DNA of 64,000 nt from Octopus sinensis (Eukaryota): the NCBI RefSeq assembly GCF_006345805.1, contig NC_043012.1, forward strand, positions 29,574,001 through 29,638,000, read 5' to 3'. Below the pieces are notes generated by a model. It did not search any database. It saw only the letters and a list, made by a program, of their open reading frames with translations, and was not told where the DNA came from. The number at the start of each line of letters is the position of its first letter. Position 1 is the stretch's first letter. Position numbers and translations under genes: made by a program. Shown here in pieces: positions 63,578 to 64,000 of the stretch.

Positions 63578-63831
63578 GTAAGTGGAAACTAACCTCCAAC
63601 CTGTCCCCTCGTTCCCCTCCCACACCAAGCTGTCTTCATCTGTCGCTGAACGCCATTTTGAAATTCCATAACTTGGTTAAACTGTGCTGCATTTGTTACC
63701 TAATACACACTAGTTTCATTGGATCAGGTTAGCCAAATGTAAATAAGTACCATGGGTAGGTAGATCATGCTCACAACTGTAAGAAACCAGGACTTTTTTT
63801 TTTCACCAGTTGTTGACAAATGTTTCGTTAG

Positions 63832-64000
63832 CTTGCAGTACTGGGCTGGAACCCCTTCTTCTGTGACCCTGGAGCTGACATGAAGAAACTGCTTGAAGAG
63901 TTGAAACAAGGACACCAGCAAATACAATCACAAACAGGAAGACATTTGTGCTTTACACATGTGAAACATGATGAGTCACAAAGTTCTCCATCAACAAGTG
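63832..64000 (+). CDS. Open frame running off the window end (LAVLGWNPFFCDPGADMKKLLEELKQGHQQIQSQTGR...)
   Basis: 56 codons without a stop after acceptor gtttcgttag; phase 0 matches the 63527 exon; absent from the ORF track because it has no stop. Confidence 0.4.

Overview
AT-rich, microsatellite-dense animal genomic DNA with one 100-N scaffold gap (24319-24418). It is not prokaryotic: there are no operons, rRNA, intact tRNA genes or CRISPR arrays. The repeat families and simple-repeat load look like an octopus or other coleoid genome; this is inference from family resemblance, not a database result. Most of the window is intronic or intergenic and filled with mobile DNA: RTE LINEs (one 2.5-kb copy with a PHD finger inside the RT region, plus many 3' fragments), a 2.9-kb CR1-type LINE, two Penelope-like elements, a full-length but frameshifted Tc1 element, four non-autonomous Helitrons, several MITEs and three SINE families. 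Most listed ORFs are microsatellite or antisense artefacts. A few short candidate host exons are supported only by splice signals and frame compatibility, and no protein was recognised. The most notable observations are (i) several families of minimal hammerhead-like motifs in foldback repeats, including a G3-C8 compensatory core variant, (ii) a 7SL (SRP) RNA copy fused to a LINE-type 3' tail, (iii) the RT-embedded PHD finger, and (iv) a perfect 145-bp inverted duplication. All coordinates were read by eye, and TE boundaries are approximate to within tens of bases unless defined by a motif.
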